Below, in pieces: positions 51,727 to 60,922 of a stretch of 64,000 nucleotides of DNA; position 1 is the stretch's first letter; each line of letters begins with the position of its first letter. Source of the DNA: Alphaproteobacteria bacterium (lineage in GTDB: Bacteria > Pseudomonadota > Alphaproteobacteria > Micropepsales > Micropepsaceae); assembly GCA_017308475.1 (NCBI GenBank), contig JAFKEU010000004.1, positions 643,226 through 707,225 on the forward strand. Reading direction: 5' to 3'. The position numbers and the translations under genes are program-made. A model generated the notes under the pieces. The model did no database searches. It was not told where the DNA came from and saw only the letters and a program-made list of their open reading frames with translations.

Positions 51727-52181
51727 GTCGAAGTCTCCGCCGCCGCGCGGCGCGCATGGTCTTCCGCGCGCGGCTCGATCCAGCGCGCCCCGTCCGGCCC
51801 GGTTTCCTTCTTCCACAGCGGCGCGTCGGTCTTCAGATAGTCCATCAGCACCTTTACCGCCTCGAAGGCATCGGCGCGATGCGTGGACAGGCCAGCCACC
51901 AGAACGATCGCCTCGCCCGGCTCAATCGGGCCCACCCGGTGGATCACCAGCAAGTCGGCAACGGCAAATCGCTCTGCCACCTCGCCGGCCAGGCGGGCAA
52001 TCTCCTTCTGGGTGAAGCCGTCATAATGGTCGATGGTCAGCCGGGTGACGGCGCGACCCGCCGTTTCGTTCCGGCAGGTGCCGACGAAACTGACCAGCGC
52101 CCCGGCATCGGCGCGGCCCGCCATGAAGGCGGCGCATTCGGCCGAGGGGTCGAAGGATTGCGCGGTGATCCGGATGTCCAT
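51723..52181 (-). CDS. moaE: Molybdopterin synthase catalytic subunit
   Basis: 152 aa. GALVSFVGTCRN, the HYDGFT-type context and LKTDAPLWKKE are typical of MoaE. Confidence 0.9.
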   Translation of the reverse strand: MDIRITAQSFDPSAECAAFMAGRADAGALVSFVGTCRNETAGRAVTRLTIDHYDGFTQKEIARLAGEVAERFAVADLLVIHRVGPIEPGEAIVLVAGLSTHRADAFEAVKVLMDYLKTDAPLWKKETGPDGARWIEPRAEDHARRAAAETST

Positions 52182-52182
52182 C

Positions 52183-52434
52183 TCAGCCCCCGCTCATCGG
52201 CGGCAGAAAGGCGATCTCGTCGCCCGCTGCGACCGGATGGGAGAGATCGCGCACCAGCGCCTGGTTCACCGCCACCCGTGTGGTGGTCAACGCCATCGCC
52301 CGGCCAAGCGGCGGGGACTGGCGCGCGATCCAGCCTTTCAGGTCGGCCAGGGTGCGTACGCCGTCCGGCAACGCGGGACTGTGCAGGCTCTCGGGTGCGA
52401 GTTCGCCGAACTTGCCCAGGAAGACCAGCCGCAT
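52183..52434 (-). CDS. moaD: Molybdopterin synthase sulfur-carrier subunit
   Basis: 83 aa ending in the diagnostic C-terminal Gly-Gly (FLPPMSGG). Sits between moaA and moaE. Confidence 0.85.
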   Translation of the reverse strand: MRLVFLGKFGELAPESLHSPALPDGVRTLADLKGWIARQSPPLGRAMALTTTRVAVNQALVRDLSHPVAAGDEIAFLPPMSGG

Positions 52435-52437
52435 CCG

Positions 52438-53457
52438 TCAGCCTCCCGTCATCGACATGTGCCGGGCGACGGCGGGCCGGGCGCCGCGCACCGGCAGCAT
52501 GAAGTCATGCGCCTTGGGCTTGAGCTGCATGGCCCTGTCCAATGCCGTGTCCAGGGCCGCATCCCGCCCGGCATCGTCCGGCGCGCCGCGCAGTACATGG
52601 CGCAGATCGACGGACGAATCCTGTCCCAGGCACATATAAAGCGTGCCGGTGCAGGTCAGCCGCACCCGCCGGCAGTTGTCGCAGAAATTGTGGGTCAAGG
52701 GCGTGATGAGGCCCAGCCTGCCGCCCGTCTCGGCCACGCGGACATAGCGTGCCGGTCCGCCGCTGCGCTCGGCCAGATCGGTCAGGGTCCAGAAGGATTC
52801 CAGTTCACGGCGCACATCCGTCAGCGACAGGAACTGATCGGTGCGATCCTCGTCCACCACGCCCAGCGGCATGGTCTCGATCAGGGTGATGTCCATGCCC
52901 TTGCCATGCGCCCACCGGATCAGTTCCGGCAGCTCGCCATGGTTGTCGCGCTTCAGCGCCACGGTATTGATCTTGACCTTCAAGCCTGCATCGCGCGCCG
53001 CCTCGATGCCGGCCAGCACCTGGTCCAGGCAGTCGTTGCGGGCGATGCGGGCAAAGGTGGCGCGGTCCAGACTGTCCAGCGAAACGTTCACCCGCCGCAC
53101 GCCCGCCGCCGCCAGCGGCCCGGCGAATTCGGGCAACCGCACACCGTTCGTGGTCAGGGTCAGTTCGTCCAGCGCCCGGCTTTCCAGATGGCGCGACAGG
53201 CCGTTCACCAGCTCCATGATCCCGCGCCGCATCAGCGGCTCGCCACCGGTGAGACGCAGGTGCCGCACCCCGCGGCGGATGAAGGCGGCGCACACAAGCT
53301 CCAGCTCTTCCAGAGTCAGCAGGTCCTTGCGCGGCAGGAAGGTCATCTCCTCGCTCATGCAATAGGTGCAGCGCAGGTTGCAGCGGTCAGTGACCGAGAC
53401 CCGCACATAGTCGACGCGGCGGCCGAAGCTGTCGATGAGGGGGGCGGAGGAAGCCAT
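52438..53457 (-). CDS. moaA: GTP 3',8-cyclase (radical SAM)
   Basis: CNLRCTYC radical-SAM cluster motif. The C-terminal second cluster region is [14 protein letters not shown]. Start at MASSAPLID (ATG at 53457). Confidence 0.9.
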   Translation of the reverse strand: MASSAPLIDSFGRRVDYVRVSVTDRCNLRCTYCMSEEMTFLPRKDLLTLEELELVCAAFIRRGVRHLRLTGGEPLMRRGIMELVNGLSRHLESRALDELTLTTNGVRLPEFAGPLAAAGVRRVNVSLDSLDRATFARIARNDCLDQVLAGIEAARDAGLKVKINTVALKRDNHGELPELIRWAHGKGMDITLIETMPLGVVDEDRTDQFLSLTDVRRELESFWTLTDLAERSGGPARYVRVAETGGRLGLITPLTHNFCDNCRRVRLTCTGTLYMCLGQDSSVDLRHVLRGAPDDAGRDAALDTALDRAMQLKPKAHDFMLPVRGARPAVARHMSMTGG

Positions 53458-53587
53458 TCGCTGAGTATAGGCGGGAACAACGCCAGCCAACAACCGCAGG
53501 CACGGGGAGCGAATATCTCGCCGCGCCAAGGGCTTGCACCGCCAGCGGGCGGATGCGCGACGCCTCGCTTTTGGCTAGGATCACCCC

Positions 53588-55159
53588 ATGAACGCCGAGG
53601 CCGACGAGACCGCCATCCTCGAGACTGCCGCCGGCTGGCTGCGGGCGGGCCATGCCGTGGCCCTTGGCACCGTGATTTCGGTCGCCGGGTCCGCGCCGCG
53701 CCAGCCCGGCAGCCATGTGGCAATCCGGGCCGACGGCGCCTTTGCCGGATCGGTTTCGGCCGGCTGCGTGGAAAATGCGGTGATCGCCGAAGCTCTCGCC
53801 GTCATCGCGGAGGGCCGACACCGCCGCATGACCTTCGGCGTCAGCGACGATGGCGTTTTCACCGTCGGGCTGATGTGCGGCGGCCAGATCGAGATCGTGA
53901 TCGAACCCCTGACGGATGCCGCCGTGATCGACGCGGTGCTGGCCGCGCGCGATGCCGGCCGGCCGCTGGTGCGGGCAATGGAGCTGGAAAGTGGCCAATC
54001 CCGGCTGATCGATCCGGCGCACGACCCCTCCCTGCCGGGCCGTGCCGCGGCGGTAGCGGCGCGCGCCGATGCCAGCGAAAGGATGACACTGGACGGCCGC
54101 GACTGGTTCCTGTCGGTCTATAATCCACCGCGCGAACTGGTAATCGTGGGCGCGGTGCATATCGCCCAGGCGCTGGCACCGCTGGCGCTGGCCGCCGGAT
54201 ACAAGGTGCGGATAATCGATCCGCGCGCCGCGTATGCCACGGCCGAGCGTTTTCCCGGCCTGCCATTGATTTGCGCCTGGCCGGAAGTGGCGCTGGCAGA
54301 AACGCCACTGACCGGCCGCAGCGCCGTCGTGGTCCTGGCGCATGATCCCAAGGTCGACGATGCGGCGCTGGCTGCCGCGCTGCGTTCTGAGGCATTTTAT
54401 ATCGGCGCTCTGGGATCGGCGCGCACCCATGCGCGGCGGCTGGCGCGGCTTGGGAAGCTGGGCTTCAGCGAACCCGAGCTTGAACGCATCCGCGGTCCCG
54501 TGGGCCTTGCCATCGGCGCGCGCGCGCCGGTGGAGATCGCCATCGCCATCCTGGGCGAACTGGTGCAGCGCCTGCGCGGGCCGAAGATCGCCGGGATCGT
54601 GCTGGCGGCGGGCACCTCCAGCCGCATGGGCCAGAACAAGCTGGCAATGGCGGTGGCCGGCAAACCGATGATCCGCCATGTGGTGGAAAATGCCCTGGCC
54701 AGCGGGCTGGAGCGCGTGCTGGTGGTGACGGGCCATGAGGCGGACAGGGTTGAAAGCCTGCTGGCCGGCCTGCCCGTCGCCTTTGTCCGCAACCCCGACT
54801 ATGTGGCGGGCCTCAGCACCTCGCTGCGCGCCGGCATCACCGCGGTGCCGGGCGGCTCAGCCGGCGCCATGGTGTTGTTGGGTGACATGCCCGGCATCGA
54901 CGCGCGGTTGATCGACCGCACCATCGCCGCCTTCGACCCGGCAGCAGGGCGCGGCATCTGCGTGGCCAGCTGGCAGGGCGCGCCTGGCCATCCCGTGCTG
55001 TGGGCCAGGCGCTATTTTGGCGAGATGACGCAGCTTTCCGGCGATGCGGGTGCCAAAGCCCTGTTGCGGCGCCATGCGGGCGATGTTCATGCCGTTGAAG
55101 CGTCCAGTGACGCCCCCCTTTACGACATTGATACGCCTGAAGCCCTGCCTACTGCCTGA
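53588..55159 (+). CDS. Fusion protein: XdhC/CoxI-type Moco-insertion chaperone + MocA-like molybdenum cofactor cytidylyltransferase
   Basis: The N-terminal ~330 aa carry XdhC/CoxI motifs (ALGTVISVAGSAPRQPGSH, SGGCVE-like SAGCVENAV, Rossmann LVIVGAVHIAQAL). The C-terminal ~190 aa form an NTP-transferase domain (IVLAAGTSSRMGQNKL, LLGDMP). Confidence 0.85.
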   Translation: MNAEADETAILETAAGWLRAGHAVALGTVISVAGSAPRQPGSHVAIRADGAFAGSVSAGCVENAVIAEALAVIAEGRHRRMTFGVSDDGVFTVGLMCGGQIEIVIEPLTDAAVIDAVLAARDAGRPLVRAMELESGQSRLIDPAHDPSLPGRAAAVAARADASERMTLDGRDWFLSVYNPPRELVIVGAVHIAQALAPLALAAGYKVRIIDPRAAYATAERFPGLPLICAWPEVALAETPLTGRSAVVVLAHDPKVDDAALAAALRSEAFYIGALGSARTHARRLARLGKLGFSEPELERIRGPVGLAIGARAPVEIAIAILGELVQRLRGPKIAGIVLAAGTSSRMGQNKLAMAVAGKPMIRHVVENALASGLERVLVVTGHEADRVESLLAGLPVAFVRNPDYVAGLSTSLRAGITAVPGGSAGAMVLLGDMPGIDARLIDRTIAAFDPAAGRGICVASWQGAPGHPVLWARRYFGEMTQLSGDAGAKALLRRHAGDVHAVEASSDAPLYDIDTPEALPTA

Positions 55160-55218
55160 ATGCCCTTTCTCCCCTGCCCCGATCTTGGCAAGATGGCCAA
55201 AAACAAGAAGGGCGGGAA

Positions 55219-58161
55219 ATGAAACGCATCCTGGTTCTGCTGGCGCTTGGCCTGAGCATGTCCCTGGCCGCCGCCGCGCCCGTCCATGCGCCCCAGTCCG
55301 TCACCGTCACGGTGCGTGAAGGCACCTCCATGTCGGTAGCGGTGTCGCCCGACGGCAGGATGCTGGCGATCGACCTGCAGGGCAGCATCTGGGTGATGCC
55401 GGCGGCAGGCGGCGAGGCCCACCGCATCACCGACCTGTTCAATGACGCGCGCCAGCCGGTATGGTCGCCCGACGGCAGGACCATCGCCTTCTTCGCCTAT
55501 CGTGACGGCGGCTACGACCTGTGGGCCGTGGCGCCCGATGGCAGCCATCAGCGCCAGCTCACCTGGGGCGCGTTCGACGACCGCGAACCCGCCTTCAGCC
55601 ATGACGGTACCCGCATCGCCTTTTCCTCGGACCGCGGCAACCCGCTGGGCAGCGACTACAATATCTTCGTGCTGGACCTCACCACCGGCGCGATCCGCCA
55701 GCTCACCAGCAATCCGGCCGAAGACGTCATGCCCAGCTGGTCGCCGGACGACCGCCGCATCGCCTTTGCTTCCACCCGCGAGGAAGGACGCGGCGTGTGG
55801 GTGGTGGATGCGGCGGGCGGGCCGGACCAGCGGCTAGTGGAAACGAAATCGCGCATCGACGCGGTGGGCTGGGCACCCGGCGGCGCCATCATCGCCCACG
55901 GCGTGGACCGCGTTGATGGATGGCTGGAAGTAGACGGCAAGACCATCTCCGGCAGCGAGCATGTCTTTCCCTTCCGTCCCAGCTTCTTCAGCGGGACGGG
56001 GTTCTACTACACCTCCGACGGGTTGATCCGCCGCCGTGACCTCGACAACGGCGCTGTCCGGACCATCCCTTTCACCGCCCGGCTTGAGGTGACACCGGCG
56101 AGCGATACCTATGTCCGGCGCAAGCGCGACTTCGACAGCCAGGCACCGCGCAAGGCGCTGGGCATCGTGCGTCCGGTCCTGTCGCCGGACGGCAAGACCA
56201 TCGCCTTCGCCGCGCTGGGCGACATCTATGTGATGCCGGTTGGCGGCGAGCCGCGGAACATGACCCATGATGCGGCCTATGACACCGATCCGGCCTGGTC
56301 GCCGGACGGGGGCACCCTGGTCTGGACCTCCGACAGGGCGGGCGGGCTGCTGCAGTTGTGGCTGCGCGACATGCAGACAGGCGCCGAGCGCCAGCTGACC
56401 CATATTCCCACCCAGCCGATCTCACCCGCCTTCTCGCCCGACGGCAGGCGCGTCGCCTATCTGGACGTGGACGGCATGTGGCGCCGCTCCGGCGTGGCGG
56501 TGGTGGATGTGGATACCGGCAAGGTCTCCCAGGTCCATGCATCGATCTTCGCGCCGGGCGCGCCCAGCTGGTCGGCCGATGGCAGGCGGATCGCGGTGGC
56601 GATGGTGGCGCCCTATTCGGTCAAATACCGCGAAGGCACCAACCAGGTCCTCACCATGTCGGCCACCGGCACGCCGGACAACAGCGACGACCAATGGTAT
56701 GCGCCGGTGCCCAACCTTTCCATCGACAGCCGCGGCTGGAACGGGCCGGTCTGGTCGCCCGACGGCACGCGCATGGCGGCCATTTACGAAGGCGTGCTGT
56801 CGGTATTTCCGGTCTCTGCCGCCGGCGCGCCTCTGGGCCCGCCGCGCCGGCTGACCAGCGAGATCGCCTATGCGCCAAGCTGGGCCGGGGACAGCCGGCA
56901 CATTCTCTATCAGTCCAACGACAGGCTGCGCATGCTCGACACCGAGACGGGCGAGGCAGTGACCGTGCCGCTGGACCTGACCTGGCGGACTTACGTCCCC
57001 AAGGGCCGCATGGTGCTGCATGTCGGCCGGTTGGTGGACGGCATCTCGAAAACCGCGCGCCGCGACATGGATATCGTGATCGCGGGCAACCGCATCGCCG
57101 CCGTCGAACCGCATGTGGCGGGCCGCGCCGCGATCGAGGCACCCGGCCTGACCGCCATGCCGGGGCTGATCGATTTCCACACCCACCGGCAGAGCGATTC
57201 CGGCGAGCAGCAGGGGCGCGAATTTCTCGCCTGGGGCGTGACCACCATTCGCAGCCCCGGCGGACTTCCCTACGAGGCGGTGGAGGACCGCGAGGCATCG
57301 GACGCGGGCATCCGCGTGTCGCCGCGCATCTTCGATACCGGCCACCTGATGGAATGGCAGCGCGTCTATTACAAGATGGGCATCGCAATCTCCTCCAACC
57401 GCCAATTGGAGATGGAGCTGGAACGGGCGCGCATCCTGGGCTTCGACATGCTGAAAAGCTATGTCCGCATGCCCGACATCCAGCAGCGCCATATCGTGGA
57501 TTTCGCCCATGCGATGGGCGTTCCCGCCTCGAGCCACGAAATCTATCCCGCCGCCTTCGACGGCATGGACAGCGTCGAGCACGTGGAAGGCACTTCGCGG
57601 CGCGGCTATTCACCCAAGATGACGCTGGGCCGCAGCTATCAGGATGTTTCCACGATCATCGGCGCCGCCCACATGACCATGACGCCCACGCTGGGCCCGC
57701 GCCTGTATGACTTCCTGACGAAACACCCGCAAATGCGCAATGACCCCCGGCTGGCGCTGGACCCGCCCTGGCTGAAACAGCAGATCCTGTCGGCGCCGGC
57801 GCATGCCGACTACAGCGGCACCGCCAAGCTGGTGATGGATGTGTACAGGGCCGGCGGGCGCATCGTGGCCGGCACCGATCAGCCCGGCCCCATCTACCTG
57901 CATTCCGAGCTTCAGTCCTATGTCGATTTCGGCATGTCGCCTTACGAGGCGCTGCGCGCCGCAACTGCCGTGCCCGCGGGGTTCCTGCAACTGGATGCGG
58001 GCGTGATCGCGCCCGGCAAGCTGGCCGATATCGTTCTGGTCGAGGGCAACCCGCTGGAAGACATCGCCAGCACGGCCAATGTCCGCCAGGTGATCGCCAA
58101 CGGCCGCCGCTTCACCGTCGAAGACCTGGTTTCCGGCAAGGCCAAGGACACACCGCGCTGA
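55219..58161 (+). CDS. Secreted 980-aa fusion of TolB-like PD40 beta-propeller repeats and a C-terminal amidohydrolase domain
   Basis: Signal peptide. There are many S/WSPDG(R/K)xIAF repeats (at least ten by eye). The C-terminus has the amidohydrolase HxH motif (LIDFHTH) and AGTD. Confidence 0.85.
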   Translation: MKRILVLLALGLSMSLAAAAPVHAPQSVTVTVREGTSMSVAVSPDGRMLAIDLQGSIWVMPAAGGEAHRITDLFNDARQPVWSPDGRTIAFFAYRDGGYDLWAVAPDGSHQRQLTWGAFDDREPAFSHDGTRIAFSSDRGNPLGSDYNIFVLDLTTGAIRQLTSNPAEDVMPSWSPDDRRIAFASTREEGRGVWVVDAAGGPDQRLVETKSRIDAVGWAPGGAIIAHGVDRVDGWLEVDGKTISGSEHVFPFRPSFFSGTGFYYTSDGLIRRRDLDNGAVRTIPFTARLEVTPASDTYVRRKRDFDSQAPRKALGIVRPVLSPDGKTIAFAALGDIYVMPVGGEPRNMTHDAAYDTDPAWSPDGGTLVWTSDRAGGLLQLWLRDMQTGAERQLTHIPTQPISPAFSPDGRRVAYLDVDGMWRRSGVAVVDVDTGKVSQVHASIFAPGAPSWSADGRRIAVAMVAPYSVKYREGTNQVLTMSATGTPDNSDDQWYAPVPNLSIDSRGWNGPVWSPDGTRMAAIYEGVLSVFPVSAAGAPLGPPRRLTSEIAYAPSWAGDSRHILYQSNDRLRMLDTETGEAVTVPLDLTWRTYVPKGRMVLHVGRLVDGISKTARRDMDIVIAGNRIAAVEPHVAGRAAIEAPGLTAMPGLIDFHTHRQSDSGEQQGREFLAWGVTTIRSPGGLPYEAVEDREASDAGIRVSPRIFDTGHLMEWQRVYYKMGIAISSNRQLEMELERARILGFDMLKSYVRMPDIQQRHIVDFAHAMGVPASSHEIYPAAFDGMDSVEHVEGTSRRGYSPKMTLGRSYQDVSTIIGAAHMTMTPTLGPRLYDFLTKHPQMRNDPRLALDPPWLKQQILSAPAHADYSGTAKLVMDVYRAGGRIVAGTDQPGPIYLHSELQSYVDFGMSPYEALRAATAVPAGFLQLDAGVIAPGKLADIVLVEGNPLEDIASTANVRQVIANGRRFTVEDLVSGKAKDTPR

Positions 58162-58170
58162 TGCCAGGCT

Positions 58171-59793
58171 TCAGACGATCCCCTCGCCGTCGATCTTGAG
58201 GGCGACGCCATAGTCATGGCTGGCCCCATCCGGAATCGTGACATGCAGGCCCTCTCCGTCCTGGCGAAAGGCCAGCGGACCGGGCGTGCCCACCACCTCG
58301 ACCCGCCGGACTGTGCCCACGCCCGCCAGGGATTTGACAAGCATCCCGCCCGCCGGCTTGCCCAGCGTCATCGCGAACAGCGTATTGCCCCTGGTGGTGA
58401 AGCGGATATCGGCAGCCTCGAACGGCTTGAGCTTGCCTTCACCGAAGGAACCGGATGCCACCTGCGTGGGCCCCTCGCCCGACAGCCGCCAGGGGCGCGA
58501 GGCAAAGATCGCCTCGCCATAGCGGCCGGTCCAGGAGGCGATGCCTTCGACGATCTTGTGCTCCTCTTCGTCGATGGTGCCGTCACCCCGCACGGGAATG
58601 GAGAGCAGCAGGCAGCCGTTCTTGGAGACGACATCGCACAGCCGGTGGACCACCGCGTCCGCGGGCATGTAGGACTTGTCGAGGAAACGCTCCCGATTAT
58701 AGTGCCAATCACCAATGCACGTATCGGTCTGCCAGGGATGGGGCACGACTTCCGAGCGGAAACCGCGCTCCACATCCTCGACCAGGGCGGCACGGTGTTC
58801 TTCGGGCAGCATCTTGGCGTTGAGCACCGGCAGCGCGCCGGCCCTCGCCAGCGTGCTGTTGTAGAAATGTGCCGCCATGTCCAGCCCCGCCTGGCCCAGC
58901 GGCAGGCCGGTATTGTCGAAATACAGCAGATCGGGCTGATAGCTGTCGATCAGGTCCTTGCAGCGCAGCCACCACATGCGCACGAAGGCCGGATTGGCCA
59001 GCGGTGGGTCTTCATTCCAAACCCGGTCGTGGCTTTCGTGGAAGGCGTCCGCCTCCCTGATCGAGCGGATGCCGTCCGGCATGGGCATCACCGCGCCCGC
59101 GTACAGCTCCTGCGGGTCCAGTCCCTCCCACCATTTACCCTTGCCGTCATATTTGGTGAGCCTGAAGGCGTCATAGCGCTCACCGGCGCGTGCGCCTTCC
59201 GGATCATAGCCGTATGCCGGCTGGAACCAGTGCCAGGCATGGGCGGAGTGGTTGGAGACACCGAACTTCAGGCCGCGTTCGCGCGCCGCCCTGGCCCAGG
59301 TGCCCACGATGTCCCGCTTCGGCCCGACGCGCGTGCAGTTCCAGTCGTGAAAGCGCGAGGCGAAATTGTCGAAATTGTCGTGATGGTTGGCCAGCGAGAC
59401 GAAATAGCGCGCGCCTGCCTTCACATACAGGTCCAGCAATTCCTCGGGCCGCCAGTTCTCTGCCTTCCAGCGGTTGTTCATCTCCATGAAGCCGGTGTCG
59501 GCTGGATGGCCGTAATGCTCCAGGTGATGGCGGTATTGCTTCTGGCCTTGCAGGTACATGTTGCGGGCATACCAGTCGCCCGCTTCCGGCACGCACTGCG
59601 CCGACCAATGGGCCCAGATGCCGAACTTGGCATCCCGGAACCAGTCCGGCGCCTGATACCGCGACGTCAGCGAAGCCCAATCCGGCTTGAATGGGCCGGT
59701 GGCGATGGCATCCGCGCCCCAGGCGGTACCCGGCAGCGCCGCGCCCGCCAGCAGCGCCGATCCCTGTTTCAGCAATTGGCGTTTGTTCAACAT
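58171..59793 (-). CDS. Glycoside hydrolase family 29 alpha-L-fucosidase (secreted)
   Basis: Leader MLNKRQLLKQGSALLAGAALPGTAWGA. GH29 core segments are present (FGIWAHWSAQCVPE, YFVSLANHHDNFDNF, PDLLYFDN). Confidence 0.85.
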   Translation of the reverse strand: MLNKRQLLKQGSALLAGAALPGTAWGADAIATGPFKPDWASLTSRYQAPDWFRDAKFGIWAHWSAQCVPEAGDWYARNMYLQGQKQYRHHLEHYGHPADTGFMEMNNRWKAENWRPEELLDLYVKAGARYFVSLANHHDNFDNFASRFHDWNCTRVGPKRDIVGTWARAARERGLKFGVSNHSAHAWHWFQPAYGYDPEGARAGERYDAFRLTKYDGKGKWWEGLDPQELYAGAVMPMPDGIRSIREADAFHESHDRVWNEDPPLANPAFVRMWWLRCKDLIDSYQPDLLYFDNTGLPLGQAGLDMAAHFYNSTLARAGALPVLNAKMLPEEHRAALVEDVERGFRSEVVPHPWQTDTCIGDWHYNRERFLDKSYMPADAVVHRLCDVVSKNGCLLLSIPVRGDGTIDEEEHKIVEGIASWTGRYGEAIFASRPWRLSGEGPTQVASGSFGEGKLKPFEAADIRFTTRGNTLFAMTLGKPAGGMLVKSLAGVGTVRRVEVVGTPGPLAFRQDGEGLHVTIPDGASHDYGVALKIDGEGIV

Positions 59794-59800
59794 GGCGGCC

Positions 59801-60856
59801 TCACTGCTGCTCGAAGGAAAGCGTGTTGCTGAAGAACGGCATCACATGATCCTGGAAGCGGAATGCCACATTGCTCACATGCGTGCCGGGATAGACTTCG
59901 AAGGTGTTGGCGATGCCGTATGTGTCCAGAATGTCGTGCAACTTGCCGGTGTCGATGCGAAGCCCGTCCTGGTCGCCCACGTCCAGCGCGATGGCGCGGT
60001 AGCGTTTCAGCCCGGCGACATACTGGTCGATGAAGGCCAGCGGCGCATTGGCCGCCCATTTGGCAAGCACCCGGTTCTGGTCGTCGCCGGTCGGCAGGTC
60101 AAGATAGAGCGGCGGCTTTTTCGGATCGGGCGACCAGGCTGCCGCGCTGGCGAGCTGCGCGCGGGCAAAGAACGGCAGCTTCGCGGAATCCTCCGACGTC
60201 TTGACTGCTTCCAGCGCCGCCAGGTCTTCCGGCTTAAAGGAGCCTGCGTCGCGCGGCGACAGGCAACAGGGGCTCATGATGTAAAGACTGCCGAAGACGT
60301 CGGCGTGTTTCATGCCGATGCGGATTGCGCCATAGCCCCCCATGGAATGACCCACCAGGCCCCGGCTCTCGCGGCGCGGGATGGTGCGGTAATGGCTGTC
60401 GATATAGGCGACCAGGTCGCGGGCGATGAAATTCTCGAAGTCACCCGTGGTAACCGAGCTGGAATACATCGAGCCGTTGTGTACCGTCTTGGAATCGGGC
60501 AGCACCACGATCATCCCCTTCGCACCCTTGGCATAGGCGCCTTCGATCGTCTGCGGCACATGGATTTCCTGGCTCCACTGCTCCGCGCCGATGGAATAGC
60601 CGTGCAGGGCATAGACCACCGGATAGCGGCGCGATGTGTCGCTGGCGTATGAGGGCGGCAGGAACACGATCACGTCGCGGTCCACTGCGTCGCCTTCCAG
60701 ATTGCCTTCCAGCGACGCGCCATGGACCTTGATGTGCTCCACCGTCACCGTGGGCGCGCCGAGTATGGGATCGGGCACGTTATTCTTGGCCTGCCCCCAT
60801 GCCGCACTGCACAAACCTGCGGCCAGGCACAATGCGGCGATGATCGTTCTTGTCAT
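59801..60856 (-). CDS. Secreted alpha/beta-hydrolase esterase (esterase D / CE1-like)
   Basis: Signal peptide MTRTIIAALCLAAGLCSAAWG. Nucleophile elbow GHSMGGYGA. YPVVYALHG is typical of the 'putative esterase' family. Confidence 0.8.
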   Translation of the reverse strand: MTRTIIAALCLAAGLCSAAWGQAKNNVPDPILGAPTVTVEHIKVHGASLEGNLEGDAVDRDVIVFLPPSYASDTSRRYPVVYALHGYSIGAEQWSQEIHVPQTIEGAYAKGAKGMIVVLPDSKTVHNGSMYSSSVTTGDFENFIARDLVAYIDSHYRTIPRRESRGLVGHSMGGYGAIRIGMKHADVFGSLYIMSPCCLSPRDAGSFKPEDLAALEAVKTSEDSAKLPFFARAQLASAAAWSPDPKKPPLYLDLPTGDDQNRVLAKWAANAPLAFIDQYVAGLKRYRAIALDVGDQDGLRIDTGKLHDILDTYGIANTFEVYPGTHVSNVAFRFQDHVMPFFSNTLSFEQQ

Positions 60857-60922
60857 GTGGTCCCTCCCTTTCCCGGAAAGTCACATAACACAGGTCAGCG
60901 GGGACTGTTAGCGATCACAGGA

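Noticed and set aside
53458-53587. Possible Moco riboswitch upstream of moaA (and in the 49794-49889 modA/moeA spacer).
   Set aside because: The spacers are only 130 and 96 nt and must also hold divergent promoters. I could not find the conserved Moco-motif elements as I recall them (a CUCCGAG-type internal loop or the multi-stem layout). An Infernal scan with the Moco RNA model would settle this.
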